Assembly (NCBI GenBank): GCA_900553255.1
Contig: USCI01000001.1
Coordinates: 12,371-76,370, forward strand
Length of the DNA stretch: 64,000 nucleotides
Direction: 5' to 3'
Source of the DNA: an uncultured Oscillospiraceae bacterium
Lineage (GTDB): Bacteria > Bacillota > Clostridia > Oscillospirales > Acutalibacteraceae
A model generated the notes under the pieces. The model worked only from the letters and a program-made list of their open reading frames with translations, was not told where the DNA came from and did not search any database. Position numbers and translations under genes: made by a program. Of the stretch, positions 1-9,681 are shown in pieces (positions within the stretch are counted from its first letter, which is position 1; each line of letters starts with the position of its first letter).

Positions 1-1
1 C

Positions 2-586
2 ACCGTGCTGCACGTGCTGTTTTCGTCGATGGCGGCGTACCCGCTGGCCAAGAACGAATTTCACGGCAAGAAGGTGATTTTCTCCACCGTGGTGGTGGCG
101 CTGCTGTTCGTGCCGCAGGTGACCTTCCTGACCCAGTATGTGGTCATCGAGAAGCTGGGCCTGCTCAATACATACGGCGCGCTGATTTTTCCGTATGTCG
201 GTACGTCGCTGGGGCTGTTCCTGATGAAGCAGTTCATGGAGCAGATCCCCCAGTCGGTGCTCGAGGCGGCGCGCATCGACGGTTCGAGTGAGTACGGCAT
301 CTGGTGGCGGATCGTGATGCCCAACGTCAAGCCCGCGTGGCTGACGCTGATCATCTTTGTGTTCCAGAGCGCCTGGGCGAACAACGGGCAGATGGTCATT
401 TACGACGAATCACTCAAGCTGCTGCCTTCCGCGATCAGTCAGATCCTGTCCACCGGCAGCACCATCGCCCGCCAGGGTGCCGGCATGGCGTCCACCGTGT
501 TTATGATGATCCCTCCGATCCTCCTGTTTGTCTTTTCCCAAAGCCGGATCATCGCCACCATGGCGTATGCCGGCATCAAGGAATAA
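2..586 (+). CDS. carbohydrate ABC transporter permease (LplC/MalG-like), C-terminal part; 5' end lies outside the window
   Basis: Open frame runs from the window edge. Has the EAA-type loop 'LEAARIDGSSEYGIWWRIVMPNVKPAW' and several hydrophobic helices. Its C-terminus 'MAYAGIKE' parallels the 59255..60172 permease ('MTYSGIKG'). Confidence 0.85.
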   Translation, partial: TVLHVLFSSMAAYPLAKNEFHGKKVIFSTVVVALLFVPQVTFLTQYVVIEKLGLLNTYGALIFPYVGTSLGLFLMKQFMEQIPQSVLEAARIDGSSEYGIWWRIVMPNVKPAWLTLIIFVFQSAWANNGQMVIYDESLKLLPSAISQILSTGSTIARQGAGMASTVFMMIPPILLFVFSQSRIIATMAYAGIKE

Positions 587-601
587 GGGGGAGGGAAGCC
601 G

Positions 602-2710
602 ATGAAAAAGCGAATCAGGACGCTGTTATGCGCGGTGGTGCTGCTGCTTGTGCCGGCGATGGACTGCGCGGCCGATGCGGATGTGCGGGACAGCTATACC
701 TATACCTACTGGGGCGACGCCGAGCCGCTTCCCGCCCTGTACGAGGCGCAGCGGGTGATCCGTGCGGAGGACAGCGGGCTGCTGCCGTTCAAGGAGCCAC
801 AGGATCTGTTCGTGGACGCGCGCCATGATAATAAGGTTTATGTGGCGGATACCGGCCGGGACCGGGTGGTGATCTATGACGCGGATTTCACGCTGCTCGG
901 CGAGCTGCATGAGCTGACCGGGCCGGACGGAGCACAGCAGACGCTCAGCGTGCCGATGGGTGTATTCGTGGACGCGCAGGAGCGCATCTACGTGGCCGAC
1001 CAGGGCAATAAGCGTGCGGTGTGCGTGGACGCGCAGGGGAATATCCTGGCGGAATACCGGCAGCCGGAGGGGGAAATCACCTTTGAAAGCGTGGATTTCC
1101 TCCCGGTGAACGTGCTGGCGGATACCAATGGGTTTGTGTACGTGCTCGGTGCCGGGATGCTCGAAGGCGCCGCTGTCTACACGCAGGACGGCGTCTTTCA
1201 GGGGTATTACGGCGCGAACACGGTGGAGGTTACCCTGTCGGTGGCGCTCAATAACTTCTGGAAAAAGCTGCTCAACCAGGAGCAGCGGGACAAGATTGAG
1301 AAGAACGTGCCGGATCAGGTGGCGAACTTTGACATCGACAGCCGGAATTTCATCTATACCTGCACCGAGATTTCTCAGACCAACCAGAACCAGATCAAGC
1401 GCTTTAACCCGGTGAGCGTCAACGTGCTGCGCAGAAGCAGCACCCTCGCCGCCGCATATCAGGAGGTTTACGGCGACCTGAAGGTCAGCTATCTCAACGG
1501 CACCGCGCAGCGCAGCTCGTTTGTGGATGTGTGCTGCGACAGTGAGGGATATATTTACGGGTTGGACTTCACCCGCGGGCGCATCTTCATGTATACCGGC
1601 GACGGCGAGCTGGTCGGCGCATACGGCGGCACCGCCGAGCGGGAGGGGTATTTCCGCAAATGTGCGGCAGTGGATGATATGGGAACGCGGCTGGTGGTGC
1701 TGGATTCCGGCAAAAACGACATCACGGTGCTGTCCCGCACCGCCTTTGCCGAAAACATCGTGCGCGCGCAGACGGCGTATAAGACGGGAGACTATGCCGC
1801 CTCGCTGGAAAGCTGGCAGCAGGTGCTCGGCGCCGACCGCCATCTGGAGCTGGCGATCAACGGCGTAGGGCGAGCGCTGTATAACCTGGGAGATTACACC
1901 GCGGCGATGGGCTGGTTCCGGGAGGGCAACGACCGGGTGGATTACGAAAAGGCTTTCCAGCGCAGCCGCGATGACCGGATGCGGGCGCTGTTCCCCTGGC
2001 TGCTGTCGGGGCTGGCCGCCGTGGGTGTGCTCGCGGGGGTATGCGTGCTGGTGCGCCGTCGGAGGCGGGCGTCCGCCGCCGCAGATTACGGTCCCCGAAA
2101 GAGGGCGTATGTGCGGCATATCCTCAGCCATCCGACCGACGGCTTCGACGACCTGCGGGAGCAGAAGCACACCCTGCTGCTCTATACGCTGTTTATCCTG
2201 CTGCTGTTTTTCACCGGCCGGGTGGCGCAGCGGCAGCTGACCGGCTTCCTGTTCAACACCAACGATTTTTCCACCCTCAACCTGGCCACCGAGTTTTCCC
2301 GGACGATCCTGGTGTTTTTGCTGTGGGTGGTTTGTCACTGGGCGGTAACCACCCTGTTCTCCGGCAAGGCGGCCCCGCGGGAGATCTGGACGGTCAGCGC
2401 GGTGGCGCTGACGCCGTACGTGGCGGCGATGTGGATCAATGTGCTGCTGAGCAACGTGCTGCTGACCACCGAGTCGATGTTCATGACCATTCTGCAGGGT
2501 GTATGCGTGCTGTGGGCGGTCTGGATCCTGCTGTCCGGCCTGATTGATTATCAGGAATTTTCGTTCTGGCAGACCATCGGCTGCATCCTGCTGACGCTGG
2601 CCGCCATGCTGGTGGTGGTGTTCGTGCTGGTGCTGCTGTTCAGCCTGTTCCAGCAGGTCGCCAACTTTATCCAGACGGTGGCGCGGGAGATCATGCTGCG
2701 CATGCAGTAG
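602..2710 (+). CDS. membrane protein: signal peptide + NHL-repeat beta-propeller + TPR-like segment + C-terminal Yip1-like multi-TM domain
   Basis: RBS GGGAGGGAAG lies before the ATG. NHL-type motifs 'VYVADTGRDRVVIYD' and 'IYVADQGNKRAVCVD'. A TPR-like 'YKTGDYAASLESWQQVL..LGDYTAAMGWF'. About 6 C-terminal hydrophobic helices. Paralog of 60183..62303. Confidence 0.85.
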   Translation: MKKRIRTLLCAVVLLLVPAMDCAADADVRDSYTYTYWGDAEPLPALYEAQRVIRAEDSGLLPFKEPQDLFVDARHDNKVYVADTGRDRVVIYDADFTLLGELHELTGPDGAQQTLSVPMGVFVDAQERIYVADQGNKRAVCVDAQGNILAEYRQPEGEITFESVDFLPVNVLADTNGFVYVLGAGMLEGAAVYTQDGVFQGYYGANTVEVTLSVALNNFWKKLLNQEQRDKIEKNVPDQVANFDIDSRNFIYTCTEISQTNQNQIKRFNPVSVNVLRRSSTLAAAYQEVYGDLKVSYLNGTAQRSSFVDVCCDSEGYIYGLDFTRGRIFMYTGDGELVGAYGGTAEREGYFRKCAAVDDMGTRLVVLDSGKNDITVLSRTAFAENIVRAQTAYKTGDYAASLESWQQVLGADRHLELAINGVGRALYNLGDYTAAMGWFREGNDRVDYEKAFQRSRDDRMRALFPWLLSGLAAVGVLAGVCVLVRRRRRASAAADYGPRKRAYVRHILSHPTDGFDDLREQKHTLLLYTLFILLLFFTGRVAQRQLTGFLFNTNDFSTLNLATEFSRTILVFLLWVVCHWAVTTLFSGKAAPREIWTVSAVALTPYVAAMWINVLLSNVLLTTESMFMTILQGVCVLWAVWILLSGLIDYQEFSFWQTIGCILLTLAAMLVVVFVLVLLFSLFQQVANFIQTVAREIMLRMQ

Positions 2711-2729
2711 CGTGCAGGAGGAGGTTTGT

Positions 2730-4991
2730 ATGTACAGGAAACGAACCAACCGGTTCGCCGCCGGCGCGGCAGCGGTGCTTTGTGCGCTGTCCCTGTGCGG
2801 CTGCCGCGGGACACAGGCGCCCGCCGCTGCGGACACGGCCCCGCGCGCCGTGGGTGAACCGCTTTCCGGCGGGGAGCAGACGGTGGCGTCCGCCGGCGCC
2901 TGGCAGCTGACGGTGGAAGCGTCCACCGGGGAATTTGCAGTGGAAAACCAAGCAGCGGGCGTACGCTGGCGTTCCAACCCGACCGCCCAGGAACGGGAGG
3001 CGGATGAGATTGCCAAGGGCAACGGCCGCGCGCTGCTGGCGTCGGCGCTGCGCATCGAGTATCAGGATGCGCTGGGCAACATCAGCGCATCCTCCGGCTA
3101 CACGGCGTCGGTGCGTAAGGACGGCCTGAGGCTGTACGCCATTGAGGACGGCTTCCGGGCGGAGTACACCTTTGTGGACGAGGAGATCGTTATCCCGCTG
3201 GACGTGCAGCTGCAGCCGGACGGGCTGCACTGCTCGGTTCCGGTAGCCGAAATTCAGGAACTGGGGGAGAACCGCCTGCTGACGCTGACGCTGCTGCCCG
3301 CCTTCGGCGCGGCCGGCCCGGAGGAGGAGGGGTATTTCCTGGTGCCGGATGGCTCCGGCGCGCTCATCCGGTTTAATAACGGCAAATACCTGTACGACAG
3401 CTTTTCGATGCCGGTATACGGTGCGGAGGCGGCCCGTGAGCAGGATGCGCTGGCGTATACGGGGGAAAATGTGCTGCTGCCGGTGTTCGGTGTCAGCAAG
3501 GGAACGTCCGGCCTGCTGGCGGTGATCAGTGAGGGAGCAGCCGGCGCGTCGGTGGAGGCGTCGGTCGCCGGCAAATCCACCTCGTATAACCTCATCAGCG
3601 CCGCTTTTACGCTGCGCAGCACCGAGGGCTATACCATCGGCACCTCGGTGGGGGTCACCAAGGAGGTGCGCCTGTATCAGGAGGGCGCTCTCGGCGGCGG
3701 TTCGCTGGGCGTGACCTACCGATTCCTGGATGAGGGGCAGGCGGATTACGCCGGGATGGCGGTCTCCTGCCGCGAGTGGCTGCTCGGACGGGGCTGGCTG
3801 CCGGAACAGAAGACGGCGGCGCTGCCGCTGTATGTCCGCCTGCTGGGCGGTGCGCTCAAGGAAAAATCGGTGCTCGGCATCCCGACCAAACAGGTCGAAA
3901 AGCTCACCGGCTTTGCCCAGGCGGCGGATATCCTGCGGCAGCTGGAGAAAAGCGGCGCGGATGACCTGACGGTGCTGCTGGAGGGCTGGTCGCAGCCGAT
4001 GCTGCAGGGAAAAATCGATGTCAAGGCGTCGCCGGCCTCGGCGCTCGGCGGGAAAAAGGAGCTGGCGGCGCTGCAGGCGCTCTGCCGCGAACAGGGAACC
4101 GCCCTGTACCTTGACAGTGAATTTCAGAAGACCGCCAAATGGGGGAGCGGATACAGCTCGTTCCTGCACGCCGCCCGTACGGTCAGTGGGGTGCCCGCGA
4201 CGGTCAGCCGCTATGATCTCGCCAGCCGGCTGGCGGTGGAGGGGACGCAGGAAAACCTGCTGTCTCCCGGCGTTTTTACCGACGTATTCGGCCGTTTCCT
4301 GGCCGGCCTGCAAAAGCAGGACGAATCCGGTGAAACCGGCCTCGGCATGGGTTCGGCCGCATATATGCTGTACAGCGATTACGGCGCGGGCTACAGCCGG
4401 GAGCAGAGTGCGCTCGCCGTGCAGGCGGCGCTCGGGCAGGCAAAAGCGTCCGGCCGCGGGTTGGTGGGCTGCCGGGCCAACGCGTATGTGTGGCCCTATG
4501 CGGACAGCCTGCTGGCGCTGCCGCTGACCTCGAGCCGCTACAACATCGAGGACGAAACGGTGCCGTTTCTTCAGATGGTGCTTAAGGGCTATATCCCGTA
4601 CAGCACCCCGTCGGTCAACCAGGCGGACGACCCGCAGGAGATGTTCCTGCAGGCGGTCGAAACCGGCAGCGGGCTGCTGTTCACCCTGATCGGCGGGGCG
4701 GCGCAGCTCACGCGGGACACGGTGTACGCGGAATATACCAGCGCGTCGGCCGCCGAATGGATCGGCCCGGCGGCGGAATATCAGCAGGCGCTCGCGCAGC
4801 TCGCGGCGCAGATCGGGGACAGCACCATTGTCGGGCACAGCCGGCGCGGCAGCCTCAGCGCCACGGCGTATGAGAACGGCGTGACCGTGTACGTCAATTA
4901 CGGCAGCGCGGCAGCGCAGTGGGGGGACACGCAGGTGCCCGCCCGAAGCTACACGGCGGTGCGGGAGGACAGCGTGAAGGGAGGCGCATGA
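2730..4991 (+). CDS. DUF5696-like lipoprotein (family name from memory, function unknown)
   Basis: ATG at 2730 is preceded by GGAGGAGG (the track start 2712 is less likely). Signal peptide with 'LSLCGC'. Conserved block 'LTLTLLPAFGAAGPEEEGYFLVPDGSGALIRF' matches 'LEVMPFFGAAGAMEDSYILIPDGCGALMHF' in the ORF at 62317. Confidence 0.8.
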   Translation: MYRKRTNRFAAGAAAVLCALSLCGCRGTQAPAAADTAPRAVGEPLSGGEQTVASAGAWQLTVEASTGEFAVENQAAGVRWRSNPTAQEREADEIAKGNGRALLASALRIEYQDALGNISASSGYTASVRKDGLRLYAIEDGFRAEYTFVDEEIVIPLDVQLQPDGLHCSVPVAEIQELGENRLLTLTLLPAFGAAGPEEEGYFLVPDGSGALIRFNNGKYLYDSFSMPVYGAEAAREQDALAYTGENVLLPVFGVSKGTSGLLAVISEGAAGASVEASVAGKSTSYNLISAAFTLRSTEGYTIGTSVGVTKEVRLYQEGALGGGSLGVTYRFLDEGQADYAGMAVSCREWLLGRGWLPEQKTAALPLYVRLLGGALKEKSVLGIPTKQVEKLTGFAQAADILRQLEKSGADDLTVLLEGWSQPMLQGKIDVKASPASALGGKKELAALQALCREQGTALYLDSEFQKTAKWGSGYSSFLHAARTVSGVPATVSRYDLASRLAVEGTQENLLSPGVFTDVFGRFLAGLQKQDESGETGLGMGSAAYMLYSDYGAGYSREQSALAVQAALGQAKASGRGLVGCRANAYVWPYADSLLALPLTSSRYNIEDETVPFLQMVLKGYIPYSTPSVNQADDPQEMFLQAVETGSGLLFTLIGGAAQLTRDTVYAEYTSASAAEWIGPAAEYQQALAQLAAQIGDSTIVGHSRRGSLSATAYENGVTVYVNYGSAAAQWGDTQVPARSYTAVREDSVKGGA

Positions 4992-4992
4992 G

Positions 4993-5898
4993 ATGAATAC
5001 GATACGCAGGGACGGCGGCCGGTGGTCCTTTGAGAAGAAGAAACGCCGTATCGGCTATGCGTTCATAGCCAGCTGGCTGATCGGCTTCTTTCTGCTGTAT
5101 GCCAAGCCGCTCGTGGAGTCGCTGGTGTATACCTTCCATACGCTCAAGGTGACGTCAAGCGGGTTTGAGATGACTCCGGCGGGGCTGGACAATTACCGGT
5201 ACGCGTTCTTTTCGGATCCGGATTTTCTGCGGATTCTGCTGACCTCGCTGAAGGACATTCTGTACCAGACCCCCACCATCCTGGTGTTCAGCCTGCTGAT
5301 TGCGTTGCTGCTCAATCCGAAGTTCCGGGGCAGAGGCCTGATGCGCGCCGTCTTTTTTCTGCCGGTGATCATCGCGTCGGGCGTGGTCATCAACATCATC
5401 AACGGCGATGTAATGTCCACCGTGATGATGTCCAGCGAAAAAAGCGGCCAGCTGTTCGAGGTGGACGCCTTTTATGAGATGCTCATCGGCATGGGACTGA
5501 GCGAAAGCCTGGTGAGCACGATTGTGGGGGTGGCGAATAACATATTTGAATTGTCCTGGCAGTCCGGCATCCAGATCACCCTGATCCTCGCGGGGCTGCA
5601 GTCGATTTCCCCGACGCTGTACGAAGCGGCGGCGATGGACGGGGGCACCAAATGGGAGGTGTTCTGGTTCATCACCTTCCCGATGCTGACCCCCATTCTG
5701 ATGGTGGCCCTGATTTATACCGTGGTGGAAATGTTTACGAATTACAGCAACCCGGTGATGCAGAAGATCCTGGAATACGGCAATAAGCTGAATTTTGCCT
5801 ACAGCTCCACGATCGCGTGGCTGTATTTCCTGGTGATTGCCGTGCTGCTGGCGCTGGTGTTCCTGCTGTTCGGCAGGCGGGTGGTCTATGCGGACTGA
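4993..5898 (+). CDS. sugar ABC transporter permease (LplB/MalF-like)
   Basis: Start is 2 nt after the previous stop. Six hydrophobic segments. EAA loop 'LYEAAAMDGGTKWEVFWFITFPMLTP'. Confidence 0.9.
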   Translation: MNTIRRDGGRWSFEKKKRRIGYAFIASWLIGFFLLYAKPLVESLVYTFHTLKVTSSGFEMTPAGLDNYRYAFFSDPDFLRILLTSLKDILYQTPTILVFSLLIALLLNPKFRGRGLMRAVFFLPVIIASGVVINIINGDVMSTVMMSSEKSGQLFEVDAFYEMLIGMGLSESLVSTIVGVANNIFELSWQSGIQITLILAGLQSISPTLYEAAAMDGGTKWEVFWFITFPMLTPILMVALIYTVVEMFTNYSNPVMQKILEYGNKLNFAYSSTIAWLYFLVIAVLLALVFLLFGRRVVYAD

Positions 5899-5913
5899 GA
5901 AAGGAGGGGGCAT

Positions 5914-6936
5914 ATGATTCCCTGGTTTTCCGTGTGGGAGGCGAAGGTCTCCGGCTTTGTGCAGCGGATGGAGGGGCGTTTGCTCGGCAGTACGCGGGTG
6001 CGCCGCCGTGTGTCCGGCGTGGCCGGCTTCATCGGGCGGCTGCTGATCTTCACCGGCTTCAGCTTCATCATTCTGTATCCCCTGCTGTATATGCTCAGCG
6101 TAGGCTTCCGGCAGGCGGACGACATGGCGGATCCGATGGTCATCTGGATCCCGAAGCACCTGACCCTGGAGAATATACAGGACGCTTTCCGGCTGATGGA
6201 CTATCCGACGTCGCTGCGCAATTCGGTGACGCTTGGGGTGGTCAGCTCGCTGCTGCAGATCCTGTCCTGTGCACTGGTGGGCTATGGCTTTGCGCGGTTT
6301 GAATTCAAGGGCAAAAGGCTGCTGTTTGCGCTGGTGCTGTTCACCATCATCGTGCCGCCCCAGGTCATCTACGCCCCCACCTATCTGTCCTATAAGTCGT
6401 TTGACTTTTTCGGCCTGGGGCAGATCGGGCGGCTGTTCACCGGCGAGCCGTTCACGGTCAACATCCTCAACACCGGCTTCAGCCTGTACCTGCCGGCGCT
6501 GCTGGGGGTGGGGATCCGTTCGGGGCTGTTCATCTATATTTTCCGGCAGTTTTACCGCGGCCTCCCGCATGAGCTGGAGGACGCCGCCTATATCGACGGC
6601 TGTGGCTTTTTCCGGACCTTTTTCCGGGTGATCCTGCCCAACGCCTCGGCGGCGCTGCTGACCGTGTTCCTGTTTTCCATCGTGTGGTACTGGAACGATT
6701 ATTACTACATCGCGATGTATTTTTCCAGCACCAAAACCGTTTCGATGGCGTTGTCGCTGCTGCCGGACGCGCTGGCCACCAACCAGGCGACACAGTCGCT
6801 CAGCGGCGACCCCTACCTGATCGGCACCCGGCTGCAGGCCGGCGCGCTGCTGGCCATCACTCCGCTGCTGATCCTGTATCTGTTTTTGCAGAGGTATTTC
6901 ACCCAGGGCTTTGAACGCACCGGCCTGACCGGCTGA
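5914..6936 (+). CDS. carbohydrate ABC transporter permease (LplC/MalG-like)
   Basis: RBS AAGGAGGGGG. EAA loop 'LEDAAYIDGCGFFRTFFRVILPNASAAL'. Multiple TM helices. Confidence 0.9.
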   Translation: MIPWFSVWEAKVSGFVQRMEGRLLGSTRVRRRVSGVAGFIGRLLIFTGFSFIILYPLLYMLSVGFRQADDMADPMVIWIPKHLTLENIQDAFRLMDYPTSLRNSVTLGVVSSLLQILSCALVGYGFARFEFKGKRLLFALVLFTIIVPPQVIYAPTYLSYKSFDFFGLGQIGRLFTGEPFTVNILNTGFSLYLPALLGVGIRSGLFIYIFRQFYRGLPHELEDAAYIDGCGFFRTFFRVILPNASAALLTVFLFSIVWYWNDYYYIAMYFSSTKTVSMALSLLPDALATNQATQSLSGDPYLIGTRLQAGALLAITPLLILYLFLQRYFTQGFERTGLTG

Positions 6937-6969
6937 GTCTGCGGCAAAAAAAGAAAAGGAGAGCTGAAG

Positions 6970-8811
6970 ATGAAAAAACAACTGGTTGTTCTGCTGGCAC
7001 TGTGTATGCTGCTGAGCCTGGTGCTTTCCGGCTGCCAATCGACCACCACGTCCTCCGGTACGCCGGGCGAGGTGCCGGAAAACGGGATCGGCTCGGACGA
7101 TCTGGAATCGGATTTCCCGACCATTCCGCTGGAAAGCAAGGAAATCCGGGTGATGACCACCAACCCGGAATTCGACGAGAAGCTCGTCGAGCTGCTCGGG
7201 CAGCAGTACGGCGTAACGGCGGTCCCGGTAACGGTCAGCTGGGCGGATATCCCGGTGCGGCTGTCCACGATGGTGATGTCGGAGGATGCGCCGGATCTGG
7301 TCATCAACCGCAGCGATCTGGAGGACTATCCGAATTATATCGTCAACAATCTCGTGCAGCCGATCGACGGCTATATCAACCTCGAGCATAAACTGTTCCG
7401 CGACCTCAAGGATGCCTATGAATACTCCCTCTGGGGCGGTGAGCATTATATGCTCATCGGCCATTTGGGGCATGAGATGGGGGTCATGTTCAACACCAGG
7501 CTGTTCGAGGAATACGACCTGGAAAACCCGTGGGAGCTGTACCTTAAGGGTGAATGGGACTGGGACGCGCTGCGGGAGATGGCGATCGAGCTGACCGAGG
7601 ATGAGGACCGTGACGGCACGCCGGAGCGGTACGGCATGCAGTTTGTCAACCCCACCTCGTTTGTGTACAGCACCGGCAAAACGCTCGGGCGGATCGACGG
7701 GGCGAACAAAACCATCGTCAACCAGATCGAGGATCCGGATATCGCGCGGGCAATGAATTTTGTCTCGGACCTGATCACCAAGGATAAGGTGTGCACCACC
7801 GCGGTCAGCAGTGCGATCACCGATTTCCGCAACGGGAAATGTGCGATCCTGTACGGATCGGCGTATCCGTATATCGGTACCGAGCTCAAGGAAATGGCCA
7901 AGGCGGGGATCCTGGGCTTTGCGCCGCTCGCGCGCGACCCGCAGCTGGATACCCATTATGCGCGCGGCCAGTTTGCCGGCTATTTCATTCCGGTCGGGGC
8001 GAAGAACCCGCTGGGCGCGGTGGCGTTTTATGCGGTGGAACGGTATCTCAACACGGTGGGCAAGGAAGAAAAGGATAACGCCGACTGGGCGAAATACCAG
8101 TCTGAATATTATCTCAGCGATCTCAACCGCGAGCAGATTGAGGCGTGCTTCTCGGTGGAGATGCTGCCGGACCTGACGCCGTGGCTGGATCAGGGCGCGA
8201 TGTGGACTATGATCGGTTCGGGCAGCAGCTGGGCGGCGCAGCTGCAGAGCTCGCTGCCGAAGATCAATGCACGCATCGAGGAGCTCACTACGCCCGAAGA
8301 GTACGACGCGCCGTCCGGCCCGAAGGTCATCGACGATTTTGAAGGCTATGGCGACGAGGAAAAGACGCTGTCCCGCTATCTGCTGATGGACGGCGGCGAC
8401 CAGAACATCACCGTGTCGCTGGATGCGGCGCATTCCAATGGCGACGGCAAATTTGCGGCGAAGATCACCTACACGCTGGACAATGCCCTCTGGGGTGGCG
8501 TTTACCGCACGGTCAACAAGACCTGGAACGGCAACAATACGCTGCGCCTGTGGGTGCAGGGCGACGGCAGCGGTCAGGTGCTCGGCCTGCGGTTTGACAC
8601 GGCCAACGGCGGCGTTTGGAGCAAGAACATCGAGATCAACAGCGCCGAGGGCCAGGTCATCGAGATTCCGCTCAGCGAGTTTGAGGATGCGTATGGTTTG
8701 GGCGCGGATATGGATCTGACCAAGGTGACCAAGTTCTATATCTCGTTCGGCGAGATGAAGACCGCCACCAAGACCATGTATATCGACAACATTGAAGTGA
8801 TCGCGAAATAA
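6970..8811 (+). CDS. extracellular solute-binding lipoprotein with C-terminal CBM-like domain
   Basis: Lipobox 'LVLSGCQS'. SBP-like body. The last ~170 aa, 'VIDDFEGYGDEEKTLSRY...LRLWVQGDGSGQVLGLRFD...FYISFGEMKTATKTMYIDNIEVIAK', look like a CBM11/CIA30-type beta-sandwich. Confidence 0.8.
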   Translation: MKKQLVVLLALCMLLSLVLSGCQSTTTSSGTPGEVPENGIGSDDLESDFPTIPLESKEIRVMTTNPEFDEKLVELLGQQYGVTAVPVTVSWADIPVRLSTMVMSEDAPDLVINRSDLEDYPNYIVNNLVQPIDGYINLEHKLFRDLKDAYEYSLWGGEHYMLIGHLGHEMGVMFNTRLFEEYDLENPWELYLKGEWDWDALREMAIELTEDEDRDGTPERYGMQFVNPTSFVYSTGKTLGRIDGANKTIVNQIEDPDIARAMNFVSDLITKDKVCTTAVSSAITDFRNGKCAILYGSAYPYIGTELKEMAKAGILGFAPLARDPQLDTHYARGQFAGYFIPVGAKNPLGAVAFYAVERYLNTVGKEEKDNADWAKYQSEYYLSDLNREQIEACFSVEMLPDLTPWLDQGAMWTMIGSGSSWAAQLQSSLPKINARIEELTTPEEYDAPSGPKVIDDFEGYGDEEKTLSRYLLMDGGDQNITVSLDAAHSNGDGKFAAKITYTLDNALWGGVYRTVNKTWNGNNTLRLWVQGDGSGQVLGLRFDTANGGVWSKNIEINSAEGQVIEIPLSEFEDAYGLGADMDLTKVTKFYISFGEMKTATKTMYIDNIEVIAK

Positions 8812-8834
8812 CGCCTGCGGACGGCCGGGTGTCG

Positions 8835-8899
8835 GGCACGCAGGGGAAACGGACTCCGGGGCGGCGCGCGCTGTCCCGAGCGCCCGGCCCCTGCGTGCC
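8835..8899 (+). other. intercistronic stem-loop downstream of the SBP gene
   Basis: GGCACGCAGGGG (8835-8846) pairs perfectly with CCCCTGCGTGCC (8888-8899). The interior is GC-rich and there is no U-tract. Confidence 0.5.
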
Positions 8900-8930
8900 G
8901 CACAGGCGGACAGCGAAAGAGGTAGAACGT

Positions 8931-9665
8931 ATGACGGTTTTGACGCAAAAGGAATATCTGGATAAGGTGCAGGCCTGCTGGAACGGCAAGAATGTCGGCG
9001 GGACGCTTGGCGCGCCGTTTGAGTGTCTGCGCGGCGTGTTTGAGCTGGACGGCTACACCGTCGAGCTGGGCGGCGAGCCGCTGCCGAACGACGACCTGGA
9101 CCTGCAGCTGGTGTGGCTCAACGCCGCAGAGGCGTACGGCCCCGCGGTAAACAGCAAAATCCTCGGGGAATACTGGAACTGGTGGGTAACGCCCCATTGG
9201 GGCGAGTATGGCGCCGGAAAAAACAACCTGCGCGCGGGCATCGTCCCGCCGTTGTCCGGCGTGGTGAATAATGTCTACGGCAACTCAAACGGCTGTTTTA
9301 TCCTGTCGGAGATCTGGGCCTGCCTGTGTCCGGGGCATCCGGAACGGGCGGTGCGCTATGCCTATGAGGACGGCTGCGTCAATCACTATGCCGAGGGGCT
9401 GTATGCGGAAATTTTCTGTGCAGCGATGGAGAGCGCGGCCTTTGCCGAACGGGATATCGAGCGGCTGATCGACATCGGCCTGTCCTACATCCCGCAGGAC
9501 TGCGGCATCGCCGCAGCGGTGCGCAGCGTGCGCGGCGCGTTCGCGGCCGGCAAAACGGACGCCGAGATGTGTGCCTTTGGTGGACGGACGTTGTATATTA
9601 CGGCCGAAGCCGGCGAGGGCACACTCGCTTTTCGGTCGCTGTGCTTCCGGGCAATTTCGGAATAG
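8931..9665 (+). CDS. ADP-ribosylglycohydrolase-family protein, apparently C-terminally truncated
   Basis: ATG at 8931 after AAAGAGG. 'GGTLGAPFE', 'NDDLDLQLVWL' and 'EGLYAEIFCAAMESAAF' are ARH-like. The ORF ends after ~244 aa in an odd tail, just where AT-rich DNA and a terminator begin. The expected C-terminal metal-binding Asp region is missing. Confidence 0.6.
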   Translation: MTVLTQKEYLDKVQACWNGKNVGGTLGAPFECLRGVFELDGYTVELGGEPLPNDDLDLQLVWLNAAEAYGPAVNSKILGEYWNWWVTPHWGEYGAGKNNLRAGIVPPLSGVVNNVYGNSNGCFILSEIWACLCPGHPERAVRYAYEDGCVNHYAEGLYAEIFCAAMESAAFAERDIERLIDIGLSYIPQDCGIAAAVRSVRGAFAAGKTDAEMCAFGGRTLYITAEAGEGTLAFRSLCFRAISE

Positions 9666-9681
9666 ACTATCACCAGACGCT

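Noticed and set aside
626-3055. 809-aa minus-strand ORF antisense to the NHL-Yip1 and DUF5696-like genes. Similar giant antisense or off-frame ORFs: 2691..4838(-), 5155..8433(-), 13604..14842(-), 15266..17110(-), 21289..23532(+), 23912..26758(+), 28350..30215(+), 36074..37498(-), 44701..46620(+), 47199..48848(-), 49960..52284(-), 53638..55488(-), 55485..57659(-), 60114..61421(-), 62320..63960(-).
   Set aside because: Their translations are Arg/Gly/Pro/His/Gln-rich, low-complexity and without recognisable motifs. Each mirrors a well-supported gene on the other strand or frame. Stop-free antisense frames are expected in GC-rich DNA.
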